Virus record (IMG/VR): IMGVR_UViG_3300046168_000026
Location: 64,001-128,000 of that record
Origin: a virus
Length of the DNA: 64,000 nucleotides
Strand: one strand, 5' to 3'
Below are positions 26,973-36,918 of this stretch, piece after piece. The first letter of the stretch is position 1. Each line of letters starts with the position of its first letter. The notes beneath the pieces are model-generated. The model was not told where the DNA came from. It made no database searches and worked only from the letters and a program-made list of their open reading frames with translations. A program made the translations under genes and the position numbers.

Positions 26973-27893
26973 TTATTTTCCTAATGTCATTAAAATAGTT
27001 AATACCATAGCCATCACATTGATTTCTTTATCAACTACCATAGAGTCTTTGTACTGACCCTCGGCTATATTTAAAATAGTGTGTCCGACTTTACCATTTG
27101 CATATGAATCTACTTCATCATAAAGTGCTCTATACAATGGTGTAAAGTCTTTCACTTTTGAATCTGCAATAATTTGTCTGATTGTGTTGAACTTTGTTTT
27201 CATTTCACCACTATCTTGTAAAACTTTTATTACATCTTCAGTATAGTTCGCCTGAATTGTAGAGGTTGTATCTATTTGTAATTCACCTTTGACAACTTGT
27301 CTTTGTGCTGAATTTAGAACTCTACGAATGTCAGGATAACCACTATTGACCAAAATTGCCAACTCTTCTTTTTCAAACTTAACTGATTCCTCATTTAATA
27401 TATCAAACAATCTTTTTGCCACTTCTTTTTTAGAAGGTGGTGTTATTGCGAATGTTTGACAACGAGATTGAATCGGGTCAATAATTTTCTCTACATAGTT
27501 ACAAGTTAAAATGAACCTTGTAGATTTACTAAAAGTTTCCATAAGATTACGAAGTGCTGCTTGTGCATTTGGTGTCAAATAGTCAGCTTCGTCTAATATG
27601 ATAACTTTCCACTTTCTGAAACCCATTGATGATGCAAATCCACGAATCTTGTCACGAACTGCGTCAACTGAGTTTTCATCAGAAGCGTTAATATACATCA
27701 AATCACAATCAATCTGATTTGTGATTATCTTTGCGAGGGTAGTCTTACCAGTTCCTGCAACTCCATAGAGTAACAAGTGAGGTACATCCTCATTTTCAAT
27801 GTATATTTTTACTTTGTCTAATATATGTTGATTACCAACATATCCATCTAATGTATCGGGTCTGTATTTTTCAACCCATAGTGAATTGCTCAT
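26973..27893 (-). CDS. clamp loader large subunit (gp44 / RFC-like AAA+)
   Basis: WVEKYRP, GVAGTGKT, INASDE, DEAD, SRC. Confidence 0.95.
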   Translation of the reverse strand: MSNSLWVEKYRPDTLDGYVGNQHILDKVKIYIENEDVPHLLLYGVAGTGKTTLAKIITNQIDCDLMYINASDENSVDAVRDKIRGFASSMGFRKWKVIILDEADYLTPNAQAALRNLMETFSKSTRFILTCNYVEKIIDPIQSRCQTFAITPPSKKEVAKRLFDILNEESVKFEKEELAILVNSGYPDIRRVLNSAQRQVVKGELQIDTTSTIQANYTEDVIKVLQDSGEMKTKFNTIRQIIADSKVKDFTPLYRALYDEVDSYANGKVGHTILNIAEGQYKDSMVVDKEINVMAMVLTILMTLGK

Positions 27894-29080
27894 CTACCTA
27901 CTTCTTTTAAATATGTTTCTTTTGCGTTTTCCCAAGTCATCCCAATAATATCCATGTAATACAATGTATCTGGTTTCAACCTATTCTCATCATGTAACTT
28001 AGTGTATCTTCTAATAGCTTTCTTCTTCCACCATCTGATTGTGTAATCATCACCTTCTTCGAACTTCTTTTTCATCTTCAACTGACTTTCATCAATCTCG
28101 TTTCTTAGAAACTCATTACCATTATCATACATCATTGCGAAGTATACACCTCGTTTAAATCCATGTTGATATTGTGTACTTTTGATTCCCAACTCTTTGA
28201 AAATCATAGACAATATTCTTTGTTTGATACCAGATACAGGTCCTTGGATACCTTCCTTTTGGGTTGTAACTCTTTTGTATTCATCAGCATTATGTTCTTT
28301 CATCCATTGATGCCAGATATCGTAAAATTGATTATCAGGTTTAGTAGAAACTTTACCTGTCGATTCACCTAATGTTTTGAAATGTGGTATTCCATTATAT
28401 TGTGAATGGATTCCATAAAGAGAAGTTGTACCAACTGCGATTAGAGTTTGTCCATACTTTTCTTTCCACAAATCTCTGAATGTAGGTGAAGTGGTCAATG
28501 CCGAAACAAGTTTACCACCTAAGAAATTATATCCCAAAGGTTGTGTTGCGATGATAGATGTACCAATTGTAGTATGATTTAACTTACCATCTTTAAACTT
28601 GTTATCTTTATCCCACCCAATGTATTTATCACGAACACCTAAAGATGTTACATCAGAACCAAGTGAAATTACACCAAGTACTTTACCACTCTTTCGGTCT
28701 TTAGCAAATGCTTTTATATTACGACCTGGATTAGCGGTAAATTCCATTGATGAAATACACTTACGAATATCAGTCCACTTTGCCGTTCCTGCAGAATCTA
28801 CGATTAGTTCAACATAAGGTTCTAACTCTTCAATTTCTTTAATAGTTTGTTCCTTATTTTGAATGTCAGTTGGAGTCCAAATCATATCATAAGACCTTGC
28901 AAGACTTGGTTTTCTTGACATAGACTTAGGTAGGTCTGAGTTCCACTCCTGCCACTTTTTATAAAGAGTTTGTTCCTCAACTGGCATACCTGATAGGTAT
29001 TCCATATTGTCGATGAATCGTTTTCTCTCTACATCATAGTCAAAGACTGGTGCCGCTGGTTCTGTGTCCCAAAATTGCAT
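27890..29080 (-). CDS. DUF4338 / Druantia DruA-like protein
   Basis: PGRNI, LGVISLGS..RDKYIGW, QPLGYNFLGGKL, TTSLYG..SQYN. Confidence 0.75.
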   Translation of the reverse strand: MQFWDTEPAAPVFDYDVERKRFIDNMEYLSGMPVEEQTLYKKWQEWNSDLPKSMSRKPSLARSYDMIWTPTDIQNKEQTIKEIEELEPYVELIVDSAGTAKWTDIRKCISSMEFTANPGRNIKAFAKDRKSGKVLGVISLGSDVTSLGVRDKYIGWDKDNKFKDGKLNHTTIGTSIIATQPLGYNFLGGKLVSALTTSPTFRDLWKEKYGQTLIAVGTTSLYGIHSQYNGIPHFKTLGESTGKVSTKPDNQFYDIWHQWMKEHNADEYKRVTTQKEGIQGPVSGIKQRILSMIFKELGIKSTQYQHGFKRGVYFAMMYDNGNEFLRNEIDESQLKMKKKFEEGDDYTIRWWKKKAIRRYTKLHDENRLKPDTLYYMDIIGMTWENAKETYLKEVGR

Positions 29081-29775
29081 TACTTAATCTCCACTAAATA
29101 ATAGTTAGACTTAAATCCATCATTTTCAAATGAAACATGAGCTAATCCATTTGGTGAAATCTTCAATGAAGATGATTTTGCACCCTTGTTAGCATTAAGG
29201 ATTTCCTTTAAGTACTTAGCTGAGAATGATATTGGTTCTACATCACCATCACACTCACATTCTACATTGATTGAGATTCTGTTAGAGTTAATCTTTGAAT
29301 AACCTAAGATTACTTCACCTTTGTTACTTTTACAACTAAATGTAAATGTATCTGAATCAGATAATGCACCTTTAGACTTTACGAATTTGTTTACGAAGTC
29401 ATTGTCCATTTTGATAGTAGATGTAAAATCAGGTAATTGTTTCAAATCTGGAACAACAGGTATTACAGAAAGGTCAGCCAACATATAGTTTACTGAAGTA
29501 CCTTTATCTGAGAACACAAGTGCTGCGTCACCTTCTTTTACACTAATATCTGAATCTAATACAGATAATAGTCCTTTTAATTGAGAAGTAGTGTAAACAC
29601 CATACTCTCCAGTTGGAAAGTCTTTGTTATCACTACTTACATTTCCTAATAGGGTCTTATCATCAGAAATGAATTTTACTGACAACCCTGCATCTGTTGA
29701 ATCAATCTTTACTGATTCTACCTCACCACCCAAATTATATCGAGTAATGAACCCTTCAAACGAGCTTTTTTTCAT
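29080..29775 (-). CDS. sliding clamp (gp45-like)
   Basis: 231 aa, beta-rich, located between PolB and the clamp loader. Confidence 0.75.
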   Translation of the reverse strand: MKKSSFEGFITRYNLGGEVESVKIDSTDAGLSVKFISDDKTLLGNVSSDNKDFPTGEYGVYTTSQLKGLLSVLDSDISVKEGDAALVFSDKGTSVNYMLADLSVIPVVPDLKQLPDFTSTIKMDNDFVNKFVKSKGALSDSDTFTFSCKSNKGEVILGYSKINSNRISINVECECDGDVEPISFSAKYLKEILNANKGAKSSSLKISPNGLAHVSFENDGFKSNYYLVEIK

Positions 29776-29807
29776 AATTTACTTTTTACTATTGATTTAT
29801 TATTATA

Positions 29808-29839
29808 CTAATATACGAAATTTATTTTTAAAATCCAAA
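29808..29839 (-). promoter_or_regulatory. Bacteroidota sigma-A-type promoter
   Basis: TTTG-N20-TATATTAG. Confidence 0.75.
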
Positions 29840-32344
29840 AAATTCTGCAGCTTTATTTAGATTTGGGTTTGGTTTTTCCCAATTCATAGCTTTATAGAAG
29901 TCATCAAGTTTATTTTCTAACTCCTTTTCCCAAATTCTATCGTAGTCAATATATTGTTCAACGAGTTTTAGAATCTGAGGTGGGTCGTTGTGACCTTTTA
30001 GTCCTGTTGTATCCAATCCAAGAGGATTTGTTTTCAAATATACCCATTTAATCTTATCACCATCTTTCATTGGTTCGTACTTATATGGTACTTTATAAAA
30101 AGCAAGTAATTGATTATATGTTATTGCTGCCTTCACATGCGCTGGTGAACCTTTTACAAATTCACCTAATACTTGAGTCTTTGTTGTGTACTTACTCATA
30201 CCTTTGACTGCCGAGTTCTTTGCTATATCAATGAATGGGCGTTCTTCCATATCTTTTTTGTAGTCAAGAATCTTAGTGTCAATTTCTTTTTTATCAACTG
30301 ACCTTAGTATATCTAATAATACAGTTTTCATTACTTCTTTAAAATATGTTGGGAATGAACTTCGTTTTACATCCAATCCTTTTACATCCAACTTATCACA
30401 ATCAACTTCATTATCATTAATAATCCATTGTGCGTATCGTTTCTTTGAGACCCAAAACCCACCCTTAGCGATTGTTTCTTGTTTTATATCAAATTTATGA
30501 GTATCGATATTAAATAACTTTTTTGACATCGTGTCATAAACTTTATTGATATGACCTTCGACTTCTTTTGCTGCGGATATAATCGCAGGAATCATTTCTT
30601 CATCCGACTCTTCATTAAGTTCTGGATTACGAGCTTTTACTAATGGTGCTGCTTGATAAAAAACAGAATCAGTATCGGTATAAACATTGTAGTCATCTTC
30701 TTTTCCTATTACTTTTGAATAATATTGATTTGCAATTAATTCGGTTGTTTTAATTACAGTTTGACCTGTAATCGTAGTTGCTTCTGCATTATCTACATCG
30801 TAGAATCTGAATGATGGTAATCCCAACACTCCATATAAAGAGTTCAACATAATCTTTTGTACTAATTGTCGTTTACCATAAAACTTATATTGTGCATCGT
30901 TACCCTCTTTACCATATTTTTTCATCAAGTCTTTGTATTCAACTCGTTTGTCAAACCAAACACTTAATATTTCAGGTATAACTCCAACTTTATCTGTTCT
31001 ATATAAAACACCATTTGCAGCAACAGAGTATCTATTCTTTTCAATAAACTTTAGAAATTTATCTTTAGGTAGTGGTGGAAACTCATTACCCTCATCATCC
31101 AAAATAGAGTAAGTATCAATCTTACCTCTCATATGGTCTTCTGCTACATAATTCTTAAGTTTACCAATCTTAGTTTCAGGTGAGATATTGATACTCATAA
31201 TGATTGATGGATATAGTGATGTTAAATCCAAATCATAAACCCATTTGTAAAGACCAGGTTTTGGTTCTTTTACATATGCGCCTGTAAACTTCCCTTCACC
31301 ATCAGACCCATCTGCGTTTCGTTTCTTTCTCCATGGTTTATTGGGTGCTACCCTACCACTCCTTCTAAGGAATGTAAGAATAGCTCCCTCTAACCATTTA
31401 GATGAAAACAGAAAGTCTTCGTAGAACACATGACCTGTATGACATATTGCCCTTGCTAAGTCAATGAATTGTAATTTCTTATCCAAGTCAACTACCAACT
31501 CAACATCAACTAAGTTATACTCAATAAACTTTTCAATATCATCTCTGAATAGTTGGTCTAAGTTTCCTTCATACTCAATCTTACCTCGACCTAACTCAAT
31601 TGTTGCAACAGTATCTAATCGATAGTTGGGTAGTTCTGTAAAGTTATAACACTTATATAAAGCGAGATAATCTAATGCAGATACTCCTGCAATAATATAT
31701 CTGTTTCTGTACTTGTTGTATGATACTTTACCAATTGGTGATAATTGATTTGCATATTGTTGACCGAATAGTAGTTTATATCTATTGTAAAGATATGTAA
31801 CATCAAAGAAATCAATATTCCACCCCGTTACAATAGTTGGATTTATCTCTCTCCACTTGGACATAAACGCTGATAATAATCCCTCTTCAGTATCAAATGA
31901 TTCTACCTTTGCACCTTTGATTGTTTTATCAATCTTTTCACCTTTGTTAACTACATAGACAAAATAGTCATTTGTAATTGAGTCATGTGCTGCGATTGAA
32001 GTAATTGCGTTACTTGCAGTTTCAATATCAGGCAATCCACTATTCATTTCAACCTCAATATCAAATGTTAGAATTGTATGTCCTGTTGATAGTTCGTCTG
32101 AATCACCATACTCATCAATTAGAAACCTCGTCATTTCATTGACATCAGACTCATATAATTTTAAGTCATCATCTTGTTTCCAATAATTTAATTTCTTAAG
32201 TCGTTCACCATGAATGGATTGATGTGCTCCATTACCATCTCTTACATAGGCGTACCTACGATACTTAGATGTAAAGTAACCTTTTTCATCATCCCAACAA
32301 TGGATGATAGACTTTTCTTTTTCGAAGAATACATTTTGATACAT
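29828..32344 (-). CDS. family B DNA polymerase (gp43-like)
   Basis: FDIE exonuclease, DLTSLYPS, KIMLNSLYG, YTDTDS. Confidence 0.97.
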   Translation of the reverse strand: MYQNVFFEKEKSIIHCWDDEKGYFTSKYRRYAYVRDGNGAHQSIHGERLKKLNYWKQDDDLKLYESDVNEMTRFLIDEYGDSDELSTGHTILTFDIEVEMNSGLPDIETASNAITSIAAHDSITNDYFVYVVNKGEKIDKTIKGAKVESFDTEEGLLSAFMSKWREINPTIVTGWNIDFFDVTYLYNRYKLLFGQQYANQLSPIGKVSYNKYRNRYIIAGVSALDYLALYKCYNFTELPNYRLDTVATIELGRGKIEYEGNLDQLFRDDIEKFIEYNLVDVELVVDLDKKLQFIDLARAICHTGHVFYEDFLFSSKWLEGAILTFLRRSGRVAPNKPWRKKRNADGSDGEGKFTGAYVKEPKPGLYKWVYDLDLTSLYPSIIMSINISPETKIGKLKNYVAEDHMRGKIDTYSILDDEGNEFPPLPKDKFLKFIEKNRYSVAANGVLYRTDKVGVIPEILSVWFDKRVEYKDLMKKYGKEGNDAQYKFYGKRQLVQKIMLNSLYGVLGLPSFRFYDVDNAEATTITGQTVIKTTELIANQYYSKVIGKEDDYNVYTDTDSVFYQAAPLVKARNPELNEESDEEMIPAIISAAKEVEGHINKVYDTMSKKLFNIDTHKFDIKQETIAKGGFWVSKKRYAQWIINDNEVDCDKLDVKGLDVKRSSFPTYFKEVMKTVLLDILRSVDKKEIDTKILDYKKDMEERPFIDIAKNSAVKGMSKYTTKTQVLGEFVKGSPAHVKAAITYNQLLAFYKVPYKYEPMKDGDKIKWVYLKTNPLGLDTTGLKGHNDPPQILKLVEQYIDYDRIWEKELENKLDDFYKAMNWEKPNPNLNKAAEFFGF

Positions 32345-32348
32345 ATGT

Positions 32349-32380
32349 TAAATATACGAAATTATTTTGACTTTACCAAA
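32349..32380 (-). promoter_or_regulatory. Bacteroidota sigma-A-type promoter
   Basis: TTTG-N20-TATATTTA, 4 nt before the polB ATG. Confidence 0.7.
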
Positions 32381-33161
32381 AGTTAACTGCGTTTTCTGGC
32401 GTATAAGTTTCATGTTTTTCAATAGGTGGTAAAAACTCCTCAGGGTCTTTTGGATACGGACTTGTTTTATGTTTTAACATCTTACTAAGTTTTCGTTTCT
32501 CAGATTTGTTTTGACCTAAGATTTGAATGTACCTATGTTTAGGTGCTTCTTTCTTTCGCCAAAAACATGATTTGTTTTGTTTACCTATTTCTGTTTTTAA
32601 GTGTTCTACATTATGTGAACCCCATTTTGAGAATACAGTTCTCGAATGAATCCAATTGTAAGGATTTTCAGTTAGTGATACTGAATAGTTTGGCATTAGT
32701 TGTATATCACGACAATCTTGATATAACCAATTAGTTGCTTGGTAAATGCCACCGAGGTGTAATTGTTCAGGGTCTGCGTAACTCAATAACATCTTAATAT
32801 TTGGTGCATTTTCTCTCATCCATTTAAAAGACTGACCCATTGAGTATGATTCTACATTTGAACCATATCCATCGTGTATAAACAATCTTGTCAATTCTAA
32901 ACACTCATCTTTTTCTAAACCATCAATTACAGACTTAATCGCTGAACGACCTACGGGATATCCATATACCAAACAACCAATTAGTTTTTCACTACCAAAA
33001 AACTCACCATCACCCTTGTAATACACACCAAGTGCGTATCTACACATTGTCCATGCGTGAGAGTAGTGATACTTTACTATCATATGTTTTGCAACACTTT
33101 TATTGATTTCTCTGATTGAAACCTTTGAAGCGTCTACATAATGTTTATTAGGTTCTTTCAA
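32373..33161 (-). CDS. Mom-like GNAT-fold DNA modification protein (paralogue 1)
   Basis: IVKYHYS, LELTRL, ES, SYADP..HLGGIYQATNWLY, KHRY. Confidence 0.8.
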   Translation of the reverse strand: MKEPNKHYVDASKVSIREINKSVAKHMIVKYHYSHAWTMCRYALGVYYKGDGEFFGSEKLIGCLVYGYPVGRSAIKSVIDGLEKDECLELTRLFIHDGYGSNVESYSMGQSFKWMRENAPNIKMLLSYADPEQLHLGGIYQATNWLYQDCRDIQLMPNYSVSLTENPYNWIHSRTVFSKWGSHNVEHLKTEIGKQNKSCFWRKKEAPKHRYIQILGQNKSEKRKLSKMLKHKTSPYPKDPEEFLPPIEKHETYTPENAVNFW

Positions 33162-33900
33162 TTGGTTCTAATTTTTTTATTTCTTCTTCAAATAACTCAC
33201 TCTGTTTAGGATATGGTAGTGAAGGGTATTTTAAACTCTTTAATATACGACTTTTTTTTGACTTATCCAAAATATAAATGTATCGATGCTTTCTTGGTTC
33301 TTTTTTAATCCAAAAAGTTTTACCAATTACCTTTTGTATTTTGGTGGGGTTATTAGTTCCATAATATGGAAATATTGTTCTACCATGCTGCCACTCCCCA
33401 TTTTCTTCAAACTTAAATAACCAACTATCATTTGGTCTTATTCTATTTCCTTGGTATACCCAATTAGTTGACTGATATACAGTTCCTAAATGACCTGCTT
33501 TTGGGTCTGAGTATGAAATCAATCCTTTAATGTGTTTTGCGTGGGTTTTTAACCACTTAAATGTTTGACCTACAAACCAACTTTCAATGTTACATCCGTA
33601 TCCATCAAATACAAATAATCTTGTGAGTTCTAATACTTCTTTTCTATCCAATAACTCTGATATTGATTGACCAGAGTGTCTTCCGATTGGGTCACCATAT
33701 GTTGCAACACCGATTAACTTATCTGTCGATGAAAAGAAAGAGTGTGAGTTATCCTCAATATACAATCCCAAACAATAACTAACCTTTGTCCATATACCAC
33801 TATAATGGTTCTTTATGATAATGTCCTTTGCTACTGATTTTGAGATAGGTCTTACGGATAACTTTGAAATATCTGTATACTCTTTCCCTTTAATTTTCAT
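33148..33900 (-). CDS. Mom-like GNAT-fold DNA modification protein (paralogue 2)
   Basis: IIKNHYS, LELTRL, SYSDP..HLGTVYQSTNWVY, KHRY. Confidence 0.8.
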   Translation of the reverse strand: MKIKGKEYTDISKLSVRPISKSVAKDIIIKNHYSGIWTKVSYCLGLYIEDNSHSFFSSTDKLIGVATYGDPIGRHSGQSISELLDRKEVLELTRLFVFDGYGCNIESWFVGQTFKWLKTHAKHIKGLISYSDPKAGHLGTVYQSTNWVYQGNRIRPNDSWLFKFEENGEWQHGRTIFPYYGTNNPTKIQKVIGKTFWIKKEPRKHRYIYILDKSKKSRILKSLKYPSLPYPKQSELFEEEIKKLEPIERT

Positions 33901-34100
33901 TGATACTCGTTAAACTCACCAAATAGTAAGTGTTTCCAAGTTTCACCTCTAACAATTTTTCTTATGTTAGCAGGTGACACTCCATTGTTTCTTGCCAATA
34001 CTCTAATATTACGATGACCCACTTGCCATAATTTACGAATAGACCTTACTTGTCTTTCCGTTAATTTATGTTGTGGATGTAATTCACCTCTTAATGCCAT
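33897..34100 (-). CDS. small HTH DNA-binding protein (HNH-associated type); start likely 34100
   Basis: GELHPQHKLTERQVRSIR...LARNNGVS..NIRKIVRGETWKH. Confidence 0.7.
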   Translation of the reverse strand: MALRGELHPQHKLTERQVRSIRKLWQVGHRNIRVLARNNGVSPANIRKIVRGETWKHLLFGEFNEYQ

Positions 34101-34114
34101 TCTAAATCTTTTCA

Positions 34115-34146
34115 CTAATATACGAAATTTATTTTAATTTTCCAAA
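34115..34146 (-). promoter_or_regulatory. Bacteroidota sigma-A-type promoter
   Basis: TTTG-N20-TATATTAG heading the HTH-mom-mom unit. Confidence 0.75.
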
Positions 34147-34691
34147 ATTATATCACCACTTTTCAATCCACTTGGTTCAATATCCCATAAATTGATTGCT
34201 ATTGCGTGTCTTGTACCACGAGTAACTTTAGTAACTCTATGTGGATGGGCGCCTGCAGGGAATATAACCAGTCTATTATACTTTGGTTCTAATCTTTCAG
34301 GTTCACCATCTTGACCATGTGGATATATTTCAAGATAACCACCATCAATATCATTTTCCCAAGGATAGTAAACTGTTCCAATTATTGGTGTAATAATTTC
34401 GTTTGTTCTCCAGTAATGTGCTTCGTCTTTGTCAAAATGGAATGGTAGTTCATCCTTTTCTTCAAACTCCGAGTAAATGCCTGTCCAATATTCGAATCCT
34501 GTAATACTTAATGGTTCGTATGGTGAGTTCTCACCCCAAATGTATTCTATCAACCTTTTTTTAAGTGTATCGGTAGGTGAATTCCACCAACCATCCCACC
34601 ACATATAACTTTTATCATTAAAAAATGTGGTGTCATTCTTTAAATCATTCAATAGACTTTCGTCTTTTATAAAATCATCTATTACTATCAT
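34134..34691 (-). CDS. 2OG-Fe(II) oxygenase (P4H-like)
   Basis: HFDKD, GGYL, NRLVIF, HRV..V..GTR. Confidence 0.85.
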   Translation of the reverse strand: MIVIDDFIKDESLLNDLKNDTTFFNDKSYMWWDGWWNSPTDTLKKRLIEYIWGENSPYEPLSITGFEYWTGIYSEFEEKDELPFHFDKDEAHYWRTNEIITPIIGTVYYPWENDIDGGYLEIYPHGQDGEPERLEPKYNRLVIFPAGAHPHRVTKVTRGTRHAIAINLWDIEPSGLKSGDIILEN

Positions 34692-35779
34692 AAACTTTCT
34701 ACTTTCTTAAGTGCGGATGCGATTACTTGATGCATATCATAGTATTTGTACTCTGCCAACCTACCACCAAATATTACTTTATCTTGACCATCCGCAAGTT
34801 TTTTATATTTGTTATACATCTCATTGTTAATTTTATCATTTACAGGATAATATGGTTCTACCCCTCTTTCGTAAAGTTGTGGATACTCCCAACTAACATA
34901 AGTTCCTTTTTGATTCTGATTATCAAAATGTTTATGTTCTATGGTTCGAGTATAAGGTGTTTCTGAATCCGTATAGTTCATTAATGCACATCCTTGATAA
35001 TTATCTTTTGATTTATACATTTTATGCATCCAATGTAAAGACTTGTATTCTAAGTCACCATATTTGTAATCGAAGTACTTATCAATCGGACCTGTATAAA
35101 TTACTTTATCACCCATATCATCCCAAAAGTCTTTTTTATCAAAATAATCCGTTTCTGTAAATACTTCAATATCTTCTAACAACCTTTCAAATATCTGAGT
35201 GTATCCACCAATTGGTATTCCTTGATATTTGTCATTGAAGTAATTGTTATTATATGTGTATCTTACAGGCAATCTTTTGATAATTGACTTTGGTAACAAC
35301 TTAGCTGGCTTCATCCATTGTTTTTGGGTATAACCTTTTATTAACTTTTCGTAAATGTCGTCACCAACAAGTGCTTTCGCCTGTTCTTCTAAATTAGTTG
35401 GAGTATCCTTAAATCTTTGTGATTCAATCCTTTGTTTTGCTCCTTCGGGTGTCGTTACACCCCACATTTTGTTGAATGTATACATATTGAAAGGTAACGG
35501 ATATATTTCACCCTTATAGTTTGCAACTATATTCAATTGGAATTGGTGAAAATCTACAAACTGATTTATCCAATGCCAAACCTTATCATTATTTGTATGA
35601 AATATATGTGGTCCATATTTGTGTACATGAATACCTTCTATTTCTTCGGTATAACAATTACCACCTATGTGGTCTCGTTTTTCTAATACAAGAACCTTTT
35701 TACCTTTTTCTTTAAGTTCGTATGCACATACTGCACCAAAGAATCCAGAACCTACAATAATGTAATCGTATTTAGCCAT
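34688..35779 (-). CDS. glf: UDP-galactopyranose mutase
   Basis: GSGFFG, HIGGNCY, HKYGPHIFHT, GRLAEYKYYDMHQVI. Confidence 0.95.
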   Translation of the reverse strand: MAKYDYIIVGSGFFGAVCAYELKEKGKKVLVLEKRDHIGGNCYTEEIEGIHVHKYGPHIFHTNNDKVWHWINQFVDFHQFQLNIVANYKGEIYPLPFNMYTFNKMWGVTTPEGAKQRIESQRFKDTPTNLEEQAKALVGDDIYEKLIKGYTQKQWMKPAKLLPKSIIKRLPVRYTYNNNYFNDKYQGIPIGGYTQIFERLLEDIEVFTETDYFDKKDFWDDMGDKVIYTGPIDKYFDYKYGDLEYKSLHWMHKMYKSKDNYQGCALMNYTDSETPYTRTIEHKHFDNQNQKGTYVSWEYPQLYERGVEPYYPVNDKINNEMYNKYKKLADGQDKVIFGGRLAEYKYYDMHQVIASALKKVESL

Positions 35780-36902
35780 TCAATCCTCTTAATGCTTTAG
35801 TATGAAGTTCTTTTGGATATTCACTTGTATCGTAATATGCGGTATCCTCTATTATAAACTGAAGATTTGGGAATGGGTTTTTTCTGTTTAAATCTACTAA
35901 CATTTTAGTACATTGTAACGCTTTACTAAAGTGTTTTCGTTCCAAGTATATTTCTGCTAATCTGGCATATGATTCATTTCTGGCGTGACAAAACTCAACA
36001 CTTTTATTCAACCACTCTATTTGTTTATCAATTTGACCTATCCACTTGTATGCAGCTGCTATTCCAACACAACACCAATAAGAAAATTCATCTCTTGTAG
36101 ATGATACTAAATTATTCTCTTTATACTCTGGATTTACTTTATACAGATATTGTTCAAAATAAAATATACATCGTCTTGCAAACTCTTCCCTATGGTCTTC
36201 ACCAAATGGAAAATTATCACCAAGTGTATCGTGATAGGATTTTGCTATGTAGAATAAATGATAATTATCTTCTAAGACTTTATTGTTTGGGACTACATCA
36301 AGTTCTAAGTTTAATGCATCTTTTAAAAACTTCATTGGTTGTAACCAAGTTTGTCCATCATTAGTTAGAATGTGTCTAAACTTTTTGTCTAATGGTACTC
36401 GTTGAAATTCTTCACCAACATCATCTCTATCTAAATAAATTGTCTCATGCGCTTTTTCTGGGTAGAATGCCCATGGTTCTTTTGCATTCCATAACCAAGT
36501 TCTAAAATACTTTACACCTGGCCCTTGACATGGTACATTGAAACTCTGAATCGATGTATCGTTAAATACGGACCAATCAAAATCATCATCTACTTGTAAT
36601 TGTTCATCTGCATCAACTCTAAGTATCCAATCACACCCATGGTCTGCACTTAATGCAGTTTTTATACAATGGTCTCTGTTTATTCCATGACCCTTCCACC
36701 AATCTAATTGATATAAGAAACCAGGTATTCCTTTAGCTTCAAAGAAGTTCTTAATTATATCTTGTGTTCCATCAGTTGAACCATTATCTTGAATAACCCA
36801 ATAGTCGATATACTCGTAAACACTCTCTAACATCCTTGTGATGACATGAGCTTCGTTATTTACCATCGTGTTAAAACAAAACTTTGCAGTAGTGTTCTTC
36901 AT
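35772..36902 (-). CDS. GT2 glycosyltransferase with C-terminal TPR-like repeats
   Basis: NEAHVITR, DNGSTDGT, VDADE, HE; helical C-terminal half. Confidence 0.85.
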   Translation of the reverse strand: MKNTTAKFCFNTMVNNEAHVITRMLESVYEYIDYWVIQDNGSTDGTQDIIKNFFEAKGIPGFLYQLDWWKGHGINRDHCIKTALSADHGCDWILRVDADEQLQVDDDFDWSVFNDTSIQSFNVPCQGPGVKYFRTWLWNAKEPWAFYPEKAHETIYLDRDDVGEEFQRVPLDKKFRHILTNDGQTWLQPMKFLKDALNLELDVVPNNKVLEDNYHLFYIAKSYHDTLGDNFPFGEDHREEFARRCIFYFEQYLYKVNPEYKENNLVSSTRDEFSYWCCVGIAAAYKWIGQIDKQIEWLNKSVEFCHARNESYARLAEIYLERKHFSKALQCTKMLVDLNRKNPFPNLQFIIEDTAYYDTSEYPKELHTKALRGLNG

Positions 36903-36918
36903 AACTTATTAATTGTTT

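Noticed and set aside
27890-29080. Complete Druantia defence system
   Set aside because: No DruE helicase or other dru genes are in the window.
33897-34100. HNH homing endonuclease
   Set aside because: Only the HTH-type DNA-binding segment is present, with no HNH catalytic motif.
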